Shown in pieces: positions 39,609 through 50,572 of a stretch of 64,000 bases of DNA. Where the stretch lies: the NCBI GenBank assembly GCA_964560325.1, contig CAZLLV010000561.1, positions 486 through 64,485 of the forward strand. Reading direction: 5' to 3'. The stretch is from an uncultured Thermoanaerobaculia bacterium (GTDB lineage Bacteria; Acidobacteriota; Thermoanaerobaculia; Multivoradales; DATKCC01). The notes beneath the pieces were generated by a model that was not told the DNA's origin, did not search any database, and saw nothing but the letters and a program-made list of their open reading frames with translations. The position numbers were made by a program, and so were the translations under genes. The stretch's first letter is position 1; each line of letters begins with the position of its first letter.

Positions 39609-41228
39609 GTGGCGCCGGCCGTCGCGCCGTGCGGTAGCCTTCCCACTCGCATGACCTCGTCCGACCCTCCCTCGCCCGCCCCCGGGAAGCCTTCGGCCCG
39701 CCGGTGGCGGCGCTTGCCGGCGGTACTCGCCTGGTTGGCCCTGCTGGCAGGACTCGCCGCGGTCGACGGCTTCTGGATCGAGCCCCGCCTCCTCCTCGGC
39801 CGTGAGCGGTTCGAGGTCGACCTGGTGCCGGGGCGCTACCGGGTCGTCCACCTCTCCGATCTCCACGTCCTGCCGCAGCGGCGTCTCTACGACCGGTTGC
39901 TCCGCCGCGTCGCCGCCGAGGAGCCCGACCTGATCCTGGTGAGCGGCGACCTGGTGGCGGACGCCCCCAGTGCCGAGCTCCTCCAGGAACGGGCGCGTGA
40001 CGCCGCGCGCTGGATCTCGCGCCTGCGGCCGGTCGCCCCCGTGCTCGCCGTCCAGGGGCACTCCGAGTACCTGGGCGAGGTGATCTCGATCCTGGCGGAC
40101 GCGGGAGTCGAGTGGGTTTCGAACGAGGGACGGTCGATCGGTCCCGGCGGGGAGGGGATCCTCCTCCTCGGGCTCAACCAGCAGGTCGGCCTCGACGCCG
40201 ACCGGGTGGCGCCGCCGGTCTTCTCCCTCGGCTCGCTCGAGGCGGGCGGCGAGACGCTCCTCCTCGCCCGCTCCGAGCTCCGCAGGAACCGCTACCTGAG
40301 CTACGACCCGAAGCCGCGCCGGGCGGGCGACCTGGCGCGGGAAGGCGGCCCCTTCGCCTGGAGCGGCTACGACGCGTCCGTGTCACTGCGGGTCGAGGAC
40401 GCTACGAGCGGCGCCGGGCTCGCCGTCCACAGCCGCTACGCGGTGGGCGAGAACCGCGCGATTCGGCTGGCGCGGGCGAAGGGGTGGCCGGGCGACACCG
40501 GTCATTTCGCCCTCACCTTCGACGGCAGCGCGCCCGAGACGGAAGAGGGAGAGGGCCGGCTCAACCGACTGGACACGGGCGTTTCGCCGGAGCCCGGGCG
40601 CTGGTACCGGTTGCGCCTGGTGACCGAGGTCCTTCCCGACCGGCTCGAAGTCCGCGGGCGCGTCTGGCCGGAAGGGGAGGAGGAGCCGGACGAGTGGCAG
40701 GCTTGGGCGGTCGACCGTTCGGTGCGCCGGGTCGAGCGGGGAACGGTGGCGCTCTGGACCTGGGGCGAAGGGACCACGGCCTACCGGGATCTGCGAGTGG
40801 TCGAGGACGGCCGGACGCTCCTCGACGCACCGCTCGGCGGGACGACGACCGCCGGCGGGTCGGAGCTGCCCGCCGGCTTCCTCGACGGCGCGCGGGCCAC
40901 CCGCCTCGCCCTGGCGCTCGCGCGCAGCCCGGAGGTGCCGCCGGGAACGCCGCGGGTGGTCTTGACCCACACGCCCGGGCCGGTGGTCGAGGCGGCCGAG
41001 CGGGATGTGCGGCTGGTCCTCGCCGGCCACACCCACGGCGGCCAGGTCCGCCTGCCCTTCTTCGGTGCGCTCGTCACCCGCTCGGAGATCGGCCGCCGCT
41101 ACGACCGGGGGCTCTTCGACTGGCCGGACGGCGCGGACACTCTGCTCTACGTCAACGCCGGGGTCGGCACCTCGATCCTGCCGGTGCGCTTCTTCGACCC
41201 GCCGGTCTACGCCGTCTTCGACTTCTGA
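39609..41228 (+). CDS. membrane-anchored metallophosphoesterase with an inserted domain of about 230 aa (start possibly 39651)
   Basis: Motifs RVVHLSDLH, LVSGDLVAD, QGHSE and LAGHTHGGQVRLP. A large non-homologous insertion lies between motifs III and IV. Confidence 0.7.
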   Translation: MAPAVAPCGSLPTRMTSSDPPSPAPGKPSARRWRRLPAVLAWLALLAGLAAVDGFWIEPRLLLGRERFEVDLVPGRYRVVHLSDLHVLPQRRLYDRLLRRVAAEEPDLILVSGDLVADAPSAELLQERARDAARWISRLRPVAPVLAVQGHSEYLGEVISILADAGVEWVSNEGRSIGPGGEGILLLGLNQQVGLDADRVAPPVFSLGSLEAGGETLLLARSELRRNRYLSYDPKPRRAGDLAREGGPFAWSGYDASVSLRVEDATSGAGLAVHSRYAVGENRAIRLARAKGWPGDTGHFALTFDGSAPETEEGEGRLNRLDTGVSPEPGRWYRLRLVTEVLPDRLEVRGRVWPEGEEEPDEWQAWAVDRSVRRVERGTVALWTWGEGTTAYRDLRVVEDGRTLLDAPLGGTTTAGGSELPAGFLDGARATRLALALARSPEVPPGTPRVVLTHTPGPVVEAAERDVRLVLAGHTHGGQVRLPFFGALVTRSEIGRRYDRGLFDWPDGADTLLYVNAGVGTSILPVRFFDPPVYAVFDF

Positions 41229-41238
41229 AGCGGCCCGG

Positions 41239-41790
41239 TCAGGGCCAGAGCCAGCCGAAGACGGCGCCGGTGGCGAGGGCGTAGAGCAGGCCGTCCAGGA
41301 GCTGCTTCGCCACGTACGACCAGGGCCGGCCGAACCAGATGCCCTCCTGCACGTACGCCCACGAGTAGCCGAGCCAGGCGACGGTGCCGCCGATCTGGAA
41401 CGGGAGCACGAAGCCGTAGCCGGAAGGCACGGTGTTCGACAGCACGTAGGCGACCGTGACGCTCACCACCAGCGCCCAGACGAACCACTGCGCGAGCGAG
41501 CGGCTCATCGACGGATCGCCGTTCGGCAGCATCACGACGAAGGCGACCGGCCCCTCCTGCATCTTCTTCCGGTGGTCGGCGCTCTGCATCGCCGCCCGGT
41601 CGGCGGCGTGCGGGACGGTGTAGAGGCCCGGTGCGGCGCCGCGGAGCGCCGAGCGTGCGGCGCCTTCGTCCGGCAGGCCGTGAAAGTCCTTCCGGTGCCA
41701 GGGAAAGACCATCCAAACGAGCGAGCTCAGGATGAACACGGCGACCGCGGAGAGCACCACGGGAAGCCACAGAGCGGTCAGAGAGACCAT
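41239..41790 (-). CDS. hypothetical membrane protein
   Basis: Real start is MVSLTALWLPVVL at 41790, with an AAGGAGGAAG RBS. Four hydrophobic helices. Confidence 0.5.
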   Translation of the reverse strand: MVSLTALWLPVVLSAVAVFILSSLVWMVFPWHRKDFHGLPDEGAARSALRGAAPGLYTVPHAADRAAMQSADHRKKMQEGPVAFVVMLPNGDPSMSRSLAQWFVWALVVSVTVAYVLSNTVPSGYGFVLPFQIGGTVAWLGYSWAYVQEGIWFGRPWSYVAKQLLDGLLYALATGAVFGWLWP

Positions 41791-41913
41791 CGTCTTCCTC
41801 CTTGTCGGGGAACGGCTTGCGGGCGGATCGGCCTCGATGATAGCCGAACCGGAGGCCGTCCGGCCGCTGCTGCGCACGAGTCTTGCGAAGGATCACGGAC
41901 GGAGGGCATGAGA

Positions 41914-42546
41914 ATGAAGGTACTCGTCATCGGAGCGAACGGAAACACCGGCATGCGGGTGGTGCACCTGCTCAAGCAGCGGGACCACGAGCCGCGGGCG
42001 ATGATCCGGCACACCGACCAGAAGCCGAAGTTCGACGCCATGGACACCGAGACCGTCCGGGCGGACCTCGAGAAGGAGATCCGCCACGCTTTCGACGGCT
42101 GCGGCGCGGTGGTCTTCGCCGCCGGCTCCGGCTCGCGGACGGGGCCGGAGAAGACCGAGGCGGTCGACCGCGACGGCGCGATCCGAGCGATCGAAGCGGC
42201 CGCCGAGGCCGGCGCGCGGCGCTTCGTCATGCTGAGCTCGATGGGCGCCGACCCGGAGAGCGAGGGGCACGAGATCTCGCACTACTTGCGAGCCAAGGGG
42301 GTAGCGGACGAGCACCTGCGCGCGAGCGGGCTCGACTACACGATCGTACGCCCGGGCCGGCTCAACAACCGGCCGGCGGCCACCTATATCGACGCCGCCG
42401 AGCGCCTCGGGCGCCACGGCGAGATCTCGCGCGACGACCTCTCCGAGGTGCTGGTCGCCTGCCTCGACCTCCCGAACACCCGGGGCAAGACCTTCGAGGT
42501 GCTCGCCGGAGAGCGGCCGGTGCAGAAGGCGCTCGAGGCGCTCTGA
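41914..42546 (+). CDS. NAD(P)H-binding SDR / NmrA-like oxidoreductase
   Basis: MKVLVIGANGNTGMRVV Rossmann motif, about 210 aa. GGAGG nine nucleotides upstream of ATG 41914. Confidence 0.75.
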   Translation: MKVLVIGANGNTGMRVVHLLKQRDHEPRAMIRHTDQKPKFDAMDTETVRADLEKEIRHAFDGCGAVVFAAGSGSRTGPEKTEAVDRDGAIRAIEAAAEAGARRFVMLSSMGADPESEGHEISHYLRAKGVADEHLRASGLDYTIVRPGRLNNRPAATYIDAAERLGRHGEISRDDLSEVLVACLDLPNTRGKTFEVLAGERPVQKALEAL

Positions 42547-42605
42547 AGGCCGGGGCGCCGTCCGGGATCTCCCGGCGGGGCCTCGCTTCGGGAGAGAATC
42601 GGGGT

Positions 42606-43079
42606 GTGCAGATCCATCGAATCGAGCGCGAGACGTTCCTCGCCCGGCCCCGGCCGGAGGTCTTCGAGTTCTTCTCCGACGCGGGCAACCTGGAGGAGCT
42701 GACGCCCGATTTCCTGCGCTTCGAGATCGTGACGCCCTCACCTTCGAAGGGGCCGATCGAGATGGCCGCCGGGCGCCTCATCGACTACCGATTGCGCGTG
42801 AGAGGCGTGCCGATCCGCTGGCGTAGCGTGATCCGGGTCTGGGAGCCGCCCGTCCGGTTCGTCGACGAGCAGGTGCGGGGCCCCTACCGAAGGTGGCACC
42901 ACGAGCACCTCTTCGAGGAGCGGGACGGGGGGACGGCGGTCATCGACCGGGTCGACTACGCGGTCCCCGGCGGCCCGGGCCTCGAGCGGCTGGTGCACCG
43001 CCTCCTCGTCGGTCCCGACGTCCGGAAGATCTTCGACCACCGCCAGCAGCGGCTGGAGGAGATCTTCGGCGAGGTGTAA
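42606..43079 (+). CDS. SRPBCC-family protein (polyketide cyclase/dehydrase-like)
   Basis: GTG start, about 157 aa, beta-grip fold pattern. Confidence 0.6.
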   Translation: MQIHRIERETFLARPRPEVFEFFSDAGNLEELTPDFLRFEIVTPSPSKGPIEMAAGRLIDYRLRVRGVPIRWRSVIRVWEPPVRFVDEQVRGPYRRWHHEHLFEERDGGTAVIDRVDYAVPGGPGLERLVHRLLVGPDVRKIFDHRQQRLEEIFGEV

Positions 43080-43234
43080 ATCCGTGGCGTGGGCCGCCCG
43101 TCCCGGCAGGGGTCGGGGGCTTCCGCCCGGCGTCGGCTCGGAACCCCCGTCCCCTGCCTCCCGCCCGGGATCGCCTGCCGACGGGGTAGAATTCAGCGTG
43201 TGATGGGTGGAAGGAGAGCTGGCCCGGAGGTTCT

Positions 43235-43471
43235 GTGCCGACCGTCTTGAGGGTTGGGCCGTACCGGGCCTTCTTCTTCGCCGGGGATCGCGGCGAGCCG
43301 ATCCACGTTCATGTCGAGCGTGATCAAGGAATGGCCAAATTCTGGCTACAGCCGGTCCGGCTGGCGAAAAGCCGCGGATTCGGCAGTGCCGAGCTCAACA
43401 GAATCAGCAAGATCGTGGAGGAGAACCAGGAGCGATTCCGGGAGGCATGGAATGACTATTTTGAAAGCTGA
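43235..43471 (+). CDS. DUF4160 domain protein
   Basis: 78 aa: MPTVLRVGPYRAFFFAGDRGEPIHVHVERDQGMAKFWL matches the DUF4160 signature. Local GC is about 57%, against about 72% in the flanks. Confidence 0.7.
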   Translation: MPTVLRVGPYRAFFFAGDRGEPIHVHVERDQGMAKFWLQPVRLAKSRGFGSAELNRISKIVEENQERFREAWNDYFES

Positions 43472-43748
43472 GCCTCGCTTGGCGGATGTGGTGACGGTGA
43501 CCGTAACGGATGACGATCTGGTCGCGGATCTGAGCGATGGCCGGAAGATTTCCGTGCCGCTTTCCTGGTATCCACGGCTCGCCGACGCGACCGCTGAGGA
43601 GCGCGGCAACTGGCGATTGATAGGTCACGGAGAAGGAGTTCACTGGCCGGACCTGGACGAGGACATCAGCGCCGCAAACCTTGTTTTCGGGCAGCCCTCG
43701 GGAGAGAGCCAAGCGTCACTTGACCGCTGGCGCAGGAGCCGTGGGTAG
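43452..43748 (+). CDS. DUF2442 domain protein
   Basis: MTILKAEPRLADVVTVTVTDDDLVADLSDGRKISVPLSWYPRL. Overlaps the end of the DUF4160 gene, the canonical paired arrangement. Confidence 0.7.
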   Translation: MTILKAEPRLADVVTVTVTDDDLVADLSDGRKISVPLSWYPRLADATAEERGNWRLIGHGEGVHWPDLDEDISAANLVFGQPSGESQASLDRWRRSRG

Positions 43749-43850
43749 AAGAGAACACCCATTACTTTCGGCCATTTTTTCTGAGTCGTCTGCTTCGCGG
43801 TAAGACTGAATGTTTACAATTGTGCACCCCTGATCGACAGATCAAGAATT

Positions 43851-44099
43851 ATGGCTCTGGACCAGAAGCTGGCACAGACGCTCCGCGCCAAGAACGGCGC
43901 GGAGCGGATGCAGATCGCCTTCGGCATGTTCCGGGCTGTTCGCCGGATGATCGAGAGCCGGCTCCGGGAGGAGCACCCGGAGTGGGACGACGAGGCGCTC
44001 CGGGGAGCCGTGGCCCGGTGCATCGCGGAGTATCCCGACGAGCGGAAGTGGGCCGTGTGGGTGACGCCTCGGAGCTCGGGCTCGGCCGGGACTCTTTGA
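43851..44099 (+). CDS. hypothetical small protein (82 aa)
   Basis: ORF with host-like GC3, preceded by an AT-rich promoter-like stretch containing TTTACA. No recognizable domain. Confidence 0.35.
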   Translation: MALDQKLAQTLRAKNGAERMQIAFGMFRAVRRMIESRLREEHPEWDDEALRGAVARCIAEYPDERKWAVWVTPRSSGSAGTL

Positions 44100-44117
44100 G
44101 CCCGAGCTCCTTTCCCC

Positions 44118-46133
44118 CTACCCCAGCTCCTTCAGGATAGCGTCCGCGGCCTTGAGCGCCAGCGCCGCCAGAGTCAGGGTGGGATTCGCCGTCGTGATCG
44201 TCGGGTAGTTGCCGCTGCCGACCATGAACAGGTTGGGGTGGTCCCAGGAGCGTTGGTCGGCGTCGAGCACGCTGTCCGAGGCGCTGGTGCCCATGACCGT
44301 CGTGCCCACGACGTGGCCGGAGCCGAAGTACTGGAAGCCTTTCGGCACCCCGTTCGCCGACTGGGGCAGGTTGGTGACCTCCGGGGTCTTGAGCTCCGGC
44401 GGCAGGTCTTCGAAGATCTTGCGCCACTCCGGCTTCAGCGGGAACCACTTCGGGTTCGCGACCAGCTCGCCGTCCGCCCCTTGCACCTCGGCGACGTTCT
44501 GGACGTAGCTCCGCACACCCATCCGCTGGTAGACCTGGCGGGCGAAGATCTCGGCGTAGACGAAGCCGAGCTTGGTGTAGTCCGACAGGTCGTAGTGGAT
44601 CACCGGACGGGGCAGGCCCAGCCCGTCGGTGAGGCTCCCGCCGCCTTCGAGGTCGGTCGAGAGGGTGACCCGGTTCGACCGTTCGGCCGACTGCTCCACC
44701 AGGAAGCCCATCCGCCACTGGCGGGTGAAGGCGTCGTTGAGCTTCGCCACCAGCGCGTCGCCGAAGAGCTGCTGCCCGTTCGGGTTGAGCTGGCTCGCGT
44801 TCGTGCCGTTCACGAAGTCGCCGACGGTGGTCCACGGATCGCCGATCGAGAAGTTCCAGCCCTCGTTGCCGATCTCGACCCGCCACGCCGCCCGTTCGGA
44901 GCGGAACGGCCCGTCGCGCAGCGTCTCGATGCCGCTGGTCGAGAGCGGGCCGCGGAAGCCCCAGGCCGGCTGAGGGAAGAGCGACCAGGTGAGGTAGAGC
45001 GGGTGATCCATCAGGTTCCGGCCGACCATGTCGGAGGAGTTGGCGACGCCGTTCTCGAGGCCGGCCTGATCGCCCCGCCGGGACATGAGGAGGAGCTTCG
45101 GGGTCTCGATGGCGTGGGCCGCGAGGACGTAGAGGGTGCCGGTGGCGGTCGCCTCGGTCTTGGTGATCGTGCCGCCGTCCTGCTGCCACTTCAGGTACTC
45201 GATCCCGGTCACGGCGCCGTTCTCGCCCACCACCACACGGGTCGCGACCGCCTGCGGGATCACCGTGGCGCCCGCCTGCTTCGCCTCCGACAGGGTGACG
45301 GTACCGTCGTACTTGGCCTGGATCGGGCAGATCGGGATGCAGTTGGTGTTGCCGGCGCAGGTGCGGCGGCTGTCGAAGGGCTGGCTGTTGCGCCCCTGGG
45401 GCGTCGGTGTGACCTTCGATGCCTGGTCCGGGGGGAACCCGACGTAGCCGGTCACGCCGTCGACGCTCGCCGCCACCGCGTCGTCGACCAGCGTGAGCGG
45501 GATCTCCTGCATCGGGTACTGGTAGTCCTTCGGCTCGTACTCGAGACCGATCGAGCCGAGGTCCTGCTCCTGGACCCGCGCATCCGCCGCCACGCCGATC
45601 GACTCCTCGGCCCGGTCGTAGTAGGGCAGCAGCGCGTCGACCCCGAACGGCCAGTCCCGCTCCACGCCGTAGACGCTCTCCATCTCGAAGTCGTGCTCGA
45701 GGAAGCGGAGGCTGGTGCCGAGCCAGTGCCAGGTGGTGCCGCCGGCCACCCTCTCGTAGGTGCTGGCGAAGGGGTGCGGACCCTTCTGGAGGAGGTAGCT
45801 CTTCGTCGGGTCGTAGATGAAGGCGGTCGGGTCGGTCTTCACCTTCTCCGGCCAGCCGGGCTCGACGTTCGAGCCGAAGGTGGCGAAGATGGTGGCGCGC
45901 GGCGTCGCCTCCTCGAACGGGTTCGAGCCTTCGAGGGGCGGGTAGGGGCTCTCCGGCGTCTTCGCCGAGGCGAGGAAGAAGTTCTCCAGGTAGGCCTCGC
46001 GGTTCGTGGGGGGCGTCTCCGGCCCGGCTTCGAGGATCAACACGCTCTTGCCCGCCTTGGCGAGCTCGCGCGCGACCAGGGTGCCGCCGATGCCGGCGCC
46101 GACGATGACGACGTCGTAGTGCGTGCCGCTCAC
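44118..46133 (-). CDS. GMC-family FAD-dependent oxidoreductase
   Basis: N-terminal DVVIVGAGIGGTLVARELAKAG FAD motif and GMC C-terminal domain. The GTG start overlaps the upstream gene's stop (GTGA). Confidence 0.9.
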   Translation of the reverse strand: MSGTHYDVVIVGAGIGGTLVARELAKAGKSVLILEAGPETPPTNREAYLENFFLASAKTPESPYPPLEGSNPFEEATPRATIFATFGSNVEPGWPEKVKTDPTAFIYDPTKSYLLQKGPHPFASTYERVAGGTTWHWLGTSLRFLEHDFEMESVYGVERDWPFGVDALLPYYDRAEESIGVAADARVQEQDLGSIGLEYEPKDYQYPMQEIPLTLVDDAVAASVDGVTGYVGFPPDQASKVTPTPQGRNSQPFDSRRTCAGNTNCIPICPIQAKYDGTVTLSEAKQAGATVIPQAVATRVVVGENGAVTGIEYLKWQQDGGTITKTEATATGTLYVLAAHAIETPKLLLMSRRGDQAGLENGVANSSDMVGRNLMDHPLYLTWSLFPQPAWGFRGPLSTSGIETLRDGPFRSERAAWRVEIGNEGWNFSIGDPWTTVGDFVNGTNASQLNPNGQQLFGDALVAKLNDAFTRQWRMGFLVEQSAERSNRVTLSTDLEGGGSLTDGLGLPRPVIHYDLSDYTKLGFVYAEIFARQVYQRMGVRSYVQNVAEVQGADGELVANPKWFPLKPEWRKIFEDLPPELKTPEVTNLPQSANGVPKGFQYFGSGHVVGTTVMGTSASDSVLDADQRSWDHPNLFMVGSGNYPTITTANPTLTLAALALKAADAILKELG

Positions 46134-46828
46134 GACCGGCCCCCTTCTTCGGTAGCCGCGGTCTCCGGGGCGGCGGCGAAGTCGGACGGGCTCCGTCCCC
46201 CCTTGCCCTGCCCCAGCACAGAGAGGGCCGGCCGTAGCGGCGCGGCGTCGATCGTCTCGGCCGCGGCGGCGGTTCGCAGCGACGGTGGCGACTGTGGCGA
46301 GGGCGGCGGGTTGCCGGTGAAGTCGGAGAGCGGCGGCGGCTCCTTCGTCCAGTAGCCGTAGGTCCAGGGGCTGTAGCCCATGGCGTGGCTCTGCATCACC
46401 TGCCAGGCGAGCCCGCGGATGTACGCCTGGTCGCTGACGACCGACTCGAAGGCGCCCGGCTCGATCGGGTACCAGTACCCCAAGTACCAGAGCCGCATCA
46501 CCGAGCGCGCGGCGGCGGCCCGCGCCTCGCTCCCTGAGGAGCTGCCGGGGTCGAGGAGCTGCTCGCCGATCGTCCGGCGCTCCTCGGCGCTCATCTCGGA
46601 GACCGGCTTGCCGCCGGCGATCTCCTGGGCGAGCTTCGCGTACAGGGCGAGGAGGTCGTCGAAGGCCGCGCCCGCGCCCTGCTGCGCGGCGTCGAACAGC
46701 GTCTGCTTCAGGTTCACCGGGTCGAGGCTGGGGGCGATGGTGCCGGCGGCGAAGCCGGTGAGGAGCGCCGACATCTGCACGAAGTCGTCCATCGCCGACG
46801 AGCCGCCGGTCGGGGTGGGATCGCTCAT
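46130..46828 (-). CDS. hypothetical protein, possible small partner subunit of the GMC oxidoreductase
   Basis: 232 aa, aromatic-rich (WYLGYWY, SPWTYGYW). Translationally coupled on both sides. Weak resemblance in size and position to gluconate 2-dehydrogenase subunit 3-family proteins, but it has no Tat signal. Confidence 0.45.
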   Translation of the reverse strand: MSDPTPTGGSSAMDDFVQMSALLTGFAAGTIAPSLDPVNLKQTLFDAAQQGAGAAFDDLLALYAKLAQEIAGGKPVSEMSAEERRTIGEQLLDPGSSSGSEARAAAARSVMRLWYLGYWYPIEPGAFESVVSDQAYIRGLAWQVMQSHAMGYSPWTYGYWTKEPPPLSDFTGNPPPSPQSPPSLRTAAAAETIDAAPLRPALSVLGQGKGGRSPSDFAAAPETAATEEGGRS

Positions 46829-48315
46829 CACTGGGCCCTTTCGAGGAGGTAGGTGAAGTCGGAGAAGCTCTCCTGCCCCTCGGCCATGGTGGCGTTCAGG
46901 TGGCAGTGCGTGCAGCTCGACGAGGCTTGGGGCACGGTGCCCTGGATGTAGGTCTCGAGCGTGGTGTTGCCCAGGAACGCGGGCGCCGGCCTGCCGGTTT
47001 CGTCCACCGGGTTCAGCGGCTTGCACCAGTTGTTGGCCGCCGACGGCGCGGTCGGGTCGGAGCCGCTCGCGTCGGTCGGCCACTGGGTCGAGATCAGCTC
47101 GTAGTGCTGCCAGACGGTGCCGCCGAGGAGGCCCTGGACCTTCGCGTTCAGATCCTTCGTGGCGGCGGTGATCGGGATCTGCCGCACCACCTGGCTCTTG
47201 CCGGCGTTCGAGGTCACCGGCTGGAGGTGCGGGTCCCAGGGCTGGGGCGGCGGCTCGTTGACGGCGTTGCAGTCGTCGCAGCCGACCTGGTAGAAGCTGT
47301 AGCTCCCCGGCTCGGTCTCGTGCCCCCGGGTGGGCACGTTGTCGACCTGCTCGAAGGTCGCCCAGAGCCACTGCGGGTCGTTCTGGGTCTTGGTCACCAG
47401 GTGGAGGCCGACCAGCCCGAGGAGTCGCCGGTCGCAGGTCGTCGGGCCTTCGCCGGTGGCGGGGGTCAGCACCAGGGCGTCGGTCTTGTGGAAGCGGGAG
47501 GGATCGTCCCCGGCGGCGGGGTCGAGCACCTTCCAGGCGCTCTTGACCATGATCGCGCCCTGCTGGCCGTCCTCGGGGCAGGTCTCGCCGTTCGGGTCGC
47601 CGTCGCAGCCGCAAGGGAACTCGACCCTTTTGCCGGCGGCCGCGAAGGCCGCCTGGCCGGCGCGGCTGTAGAGATCGTTGTCCCGGATGTACTGGTACAT
47701 CGGCCGGTTGACGGTGATCCCGAAGCGGGCGTAGTGGCCGTTCACGTCGATCAGCGGGCCCGACTCGAACGGCTCGAGCGCGGCCTCGAAGACGATCGGC
47801 TGCTTGCCCACCTGGACGAAGACCCGCTCGCCCGCCTCGCCCTGGCCTTCGCAGGCGGGCGGGAGCGGGGCGTGGGGCGGCGGCTGGCCAGCGGGCCAGT
47901 CGGGAGGCTCGGCGCCGCCCGCGAGGAACAGGTCCCCCTCGTTCGGCCAGCTCTCCCAGAGGGTCACGTTGTCGCCGTCCCGGTCGCCGAAGCCGCCGGA
48001 GGGGCTGTGGGAGAGGGCGAGGAAGCTGTTCCAGGAGAAGACGTCGAAGTCGCACTGGAGACTGTCGAGCGTGATCGTCTGCTGGAACGTCGGGGTCTTG
48101 GGGAGATCGGTCCCCACGGTCACCGGCTGGGGCGTTCCGCCGCAGACGACGTCGACGGAGGAGGATGGGGTGCCGCTCAGCTCCGCCATCGGCTCCTCCG
48201 GCCGGACTCCGGGGTCCGCGGGGCCGGCGGTCCGGCCACAGCTCACCGCGAGCACCAGCAGCGCGGCGAGCACCGCGGTACCGGTCGAGCCCGCACGCCG
48301 AAACGGCTCTCTCAT
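46828..48315 (-). CDS. Cys-rich lipoprotein with a single C-terminal CXXCH heme c-binding motif
   Basis: Lipobox LAVSCG and about 15 Cys. The only heme motif is SSCTHCH, 20 residues from the C-terminus. First gene of the GMC operon. Confidence 0.55.
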   Translation of the reverse strand: MREPFRRAGSTGTAVLAALLVLAVSCGRTAGPADPGVRPEEPMAELSGTPSSSVDVVCGGTPQPVTVGTDLPKTPTFQQTITLDSLQCDFDVFSWNSFLALSHSPSGGFGDRDGDNVTLWESWPNEGDLFLAGGAEPPDWPAGQPPPHAPLPPACEGQGEAGERVFVQVGKQPIVFEAALEPFESGPLIDVNGHYARFGITVNRPMYQYIRDNDLYSRAGQAAFAAAGKRVEFPCGCDGDPNGETCPEDGQQGAIMVKSAWKVLDPAAGDDPSRFHKTDALVLTPATGEGPTTCDRRLLGLVGLHLVTKTQNDPQWLWATFEQVDNVPTRGHETEPGSYSFYQVGCDDCNAVNEPPPQPWDPHLQPVTSNAGKSQVVRQIPITAATKDLNAKVQGLLGGTVWQHYELISTQWPTDASGSDPTAPSAANNWCKPLNPVDETGRPAPAFLGNTTLETYIQGTVPQASSSCTHCHLNATMAEGQESFSDFTYLLERAQ

Positions 48316-48383
48316 GGCTCCTCCTCGTCTTCGTTCGCTTTCCTCCGACTATACACGGAAAGCGAAAGTGCGAGGATGCGCCG

Positions 48384-50348
<1,965 letters not shown>

Positions 50349-50572
50349 CGGGGATCTCTCTAGGGTGCGTCGGAGGTGCGTAGCGGTGGAGACGAGGGAA
50401 CGGGCCCGGGGCCATGACTCCAACCGGCCGCCGGGGGCGCTGTATTTCGGCCCGGAGCCAGTGAGCCGTCCAGAGGCCGGATCACTGGAGTCGATCTTGC
50501 ACGAAGTGGGGGCCGATCGAGCCGCTCACGACTCGACCGCGTGCCGAGGCGTCGTTTCGTCCTCGCTCCCCG

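Noticed and set aside
41005-42546. 513-aa ORF fusing an upstream frame to the NmrA-like reductase
   Set aside because: The upstream 300 aa are off-frame overlap with the metallophosphoesterase gene and the minus-strand membrane protein. A GGAGG RBS supports ATG 41914 as the true start.
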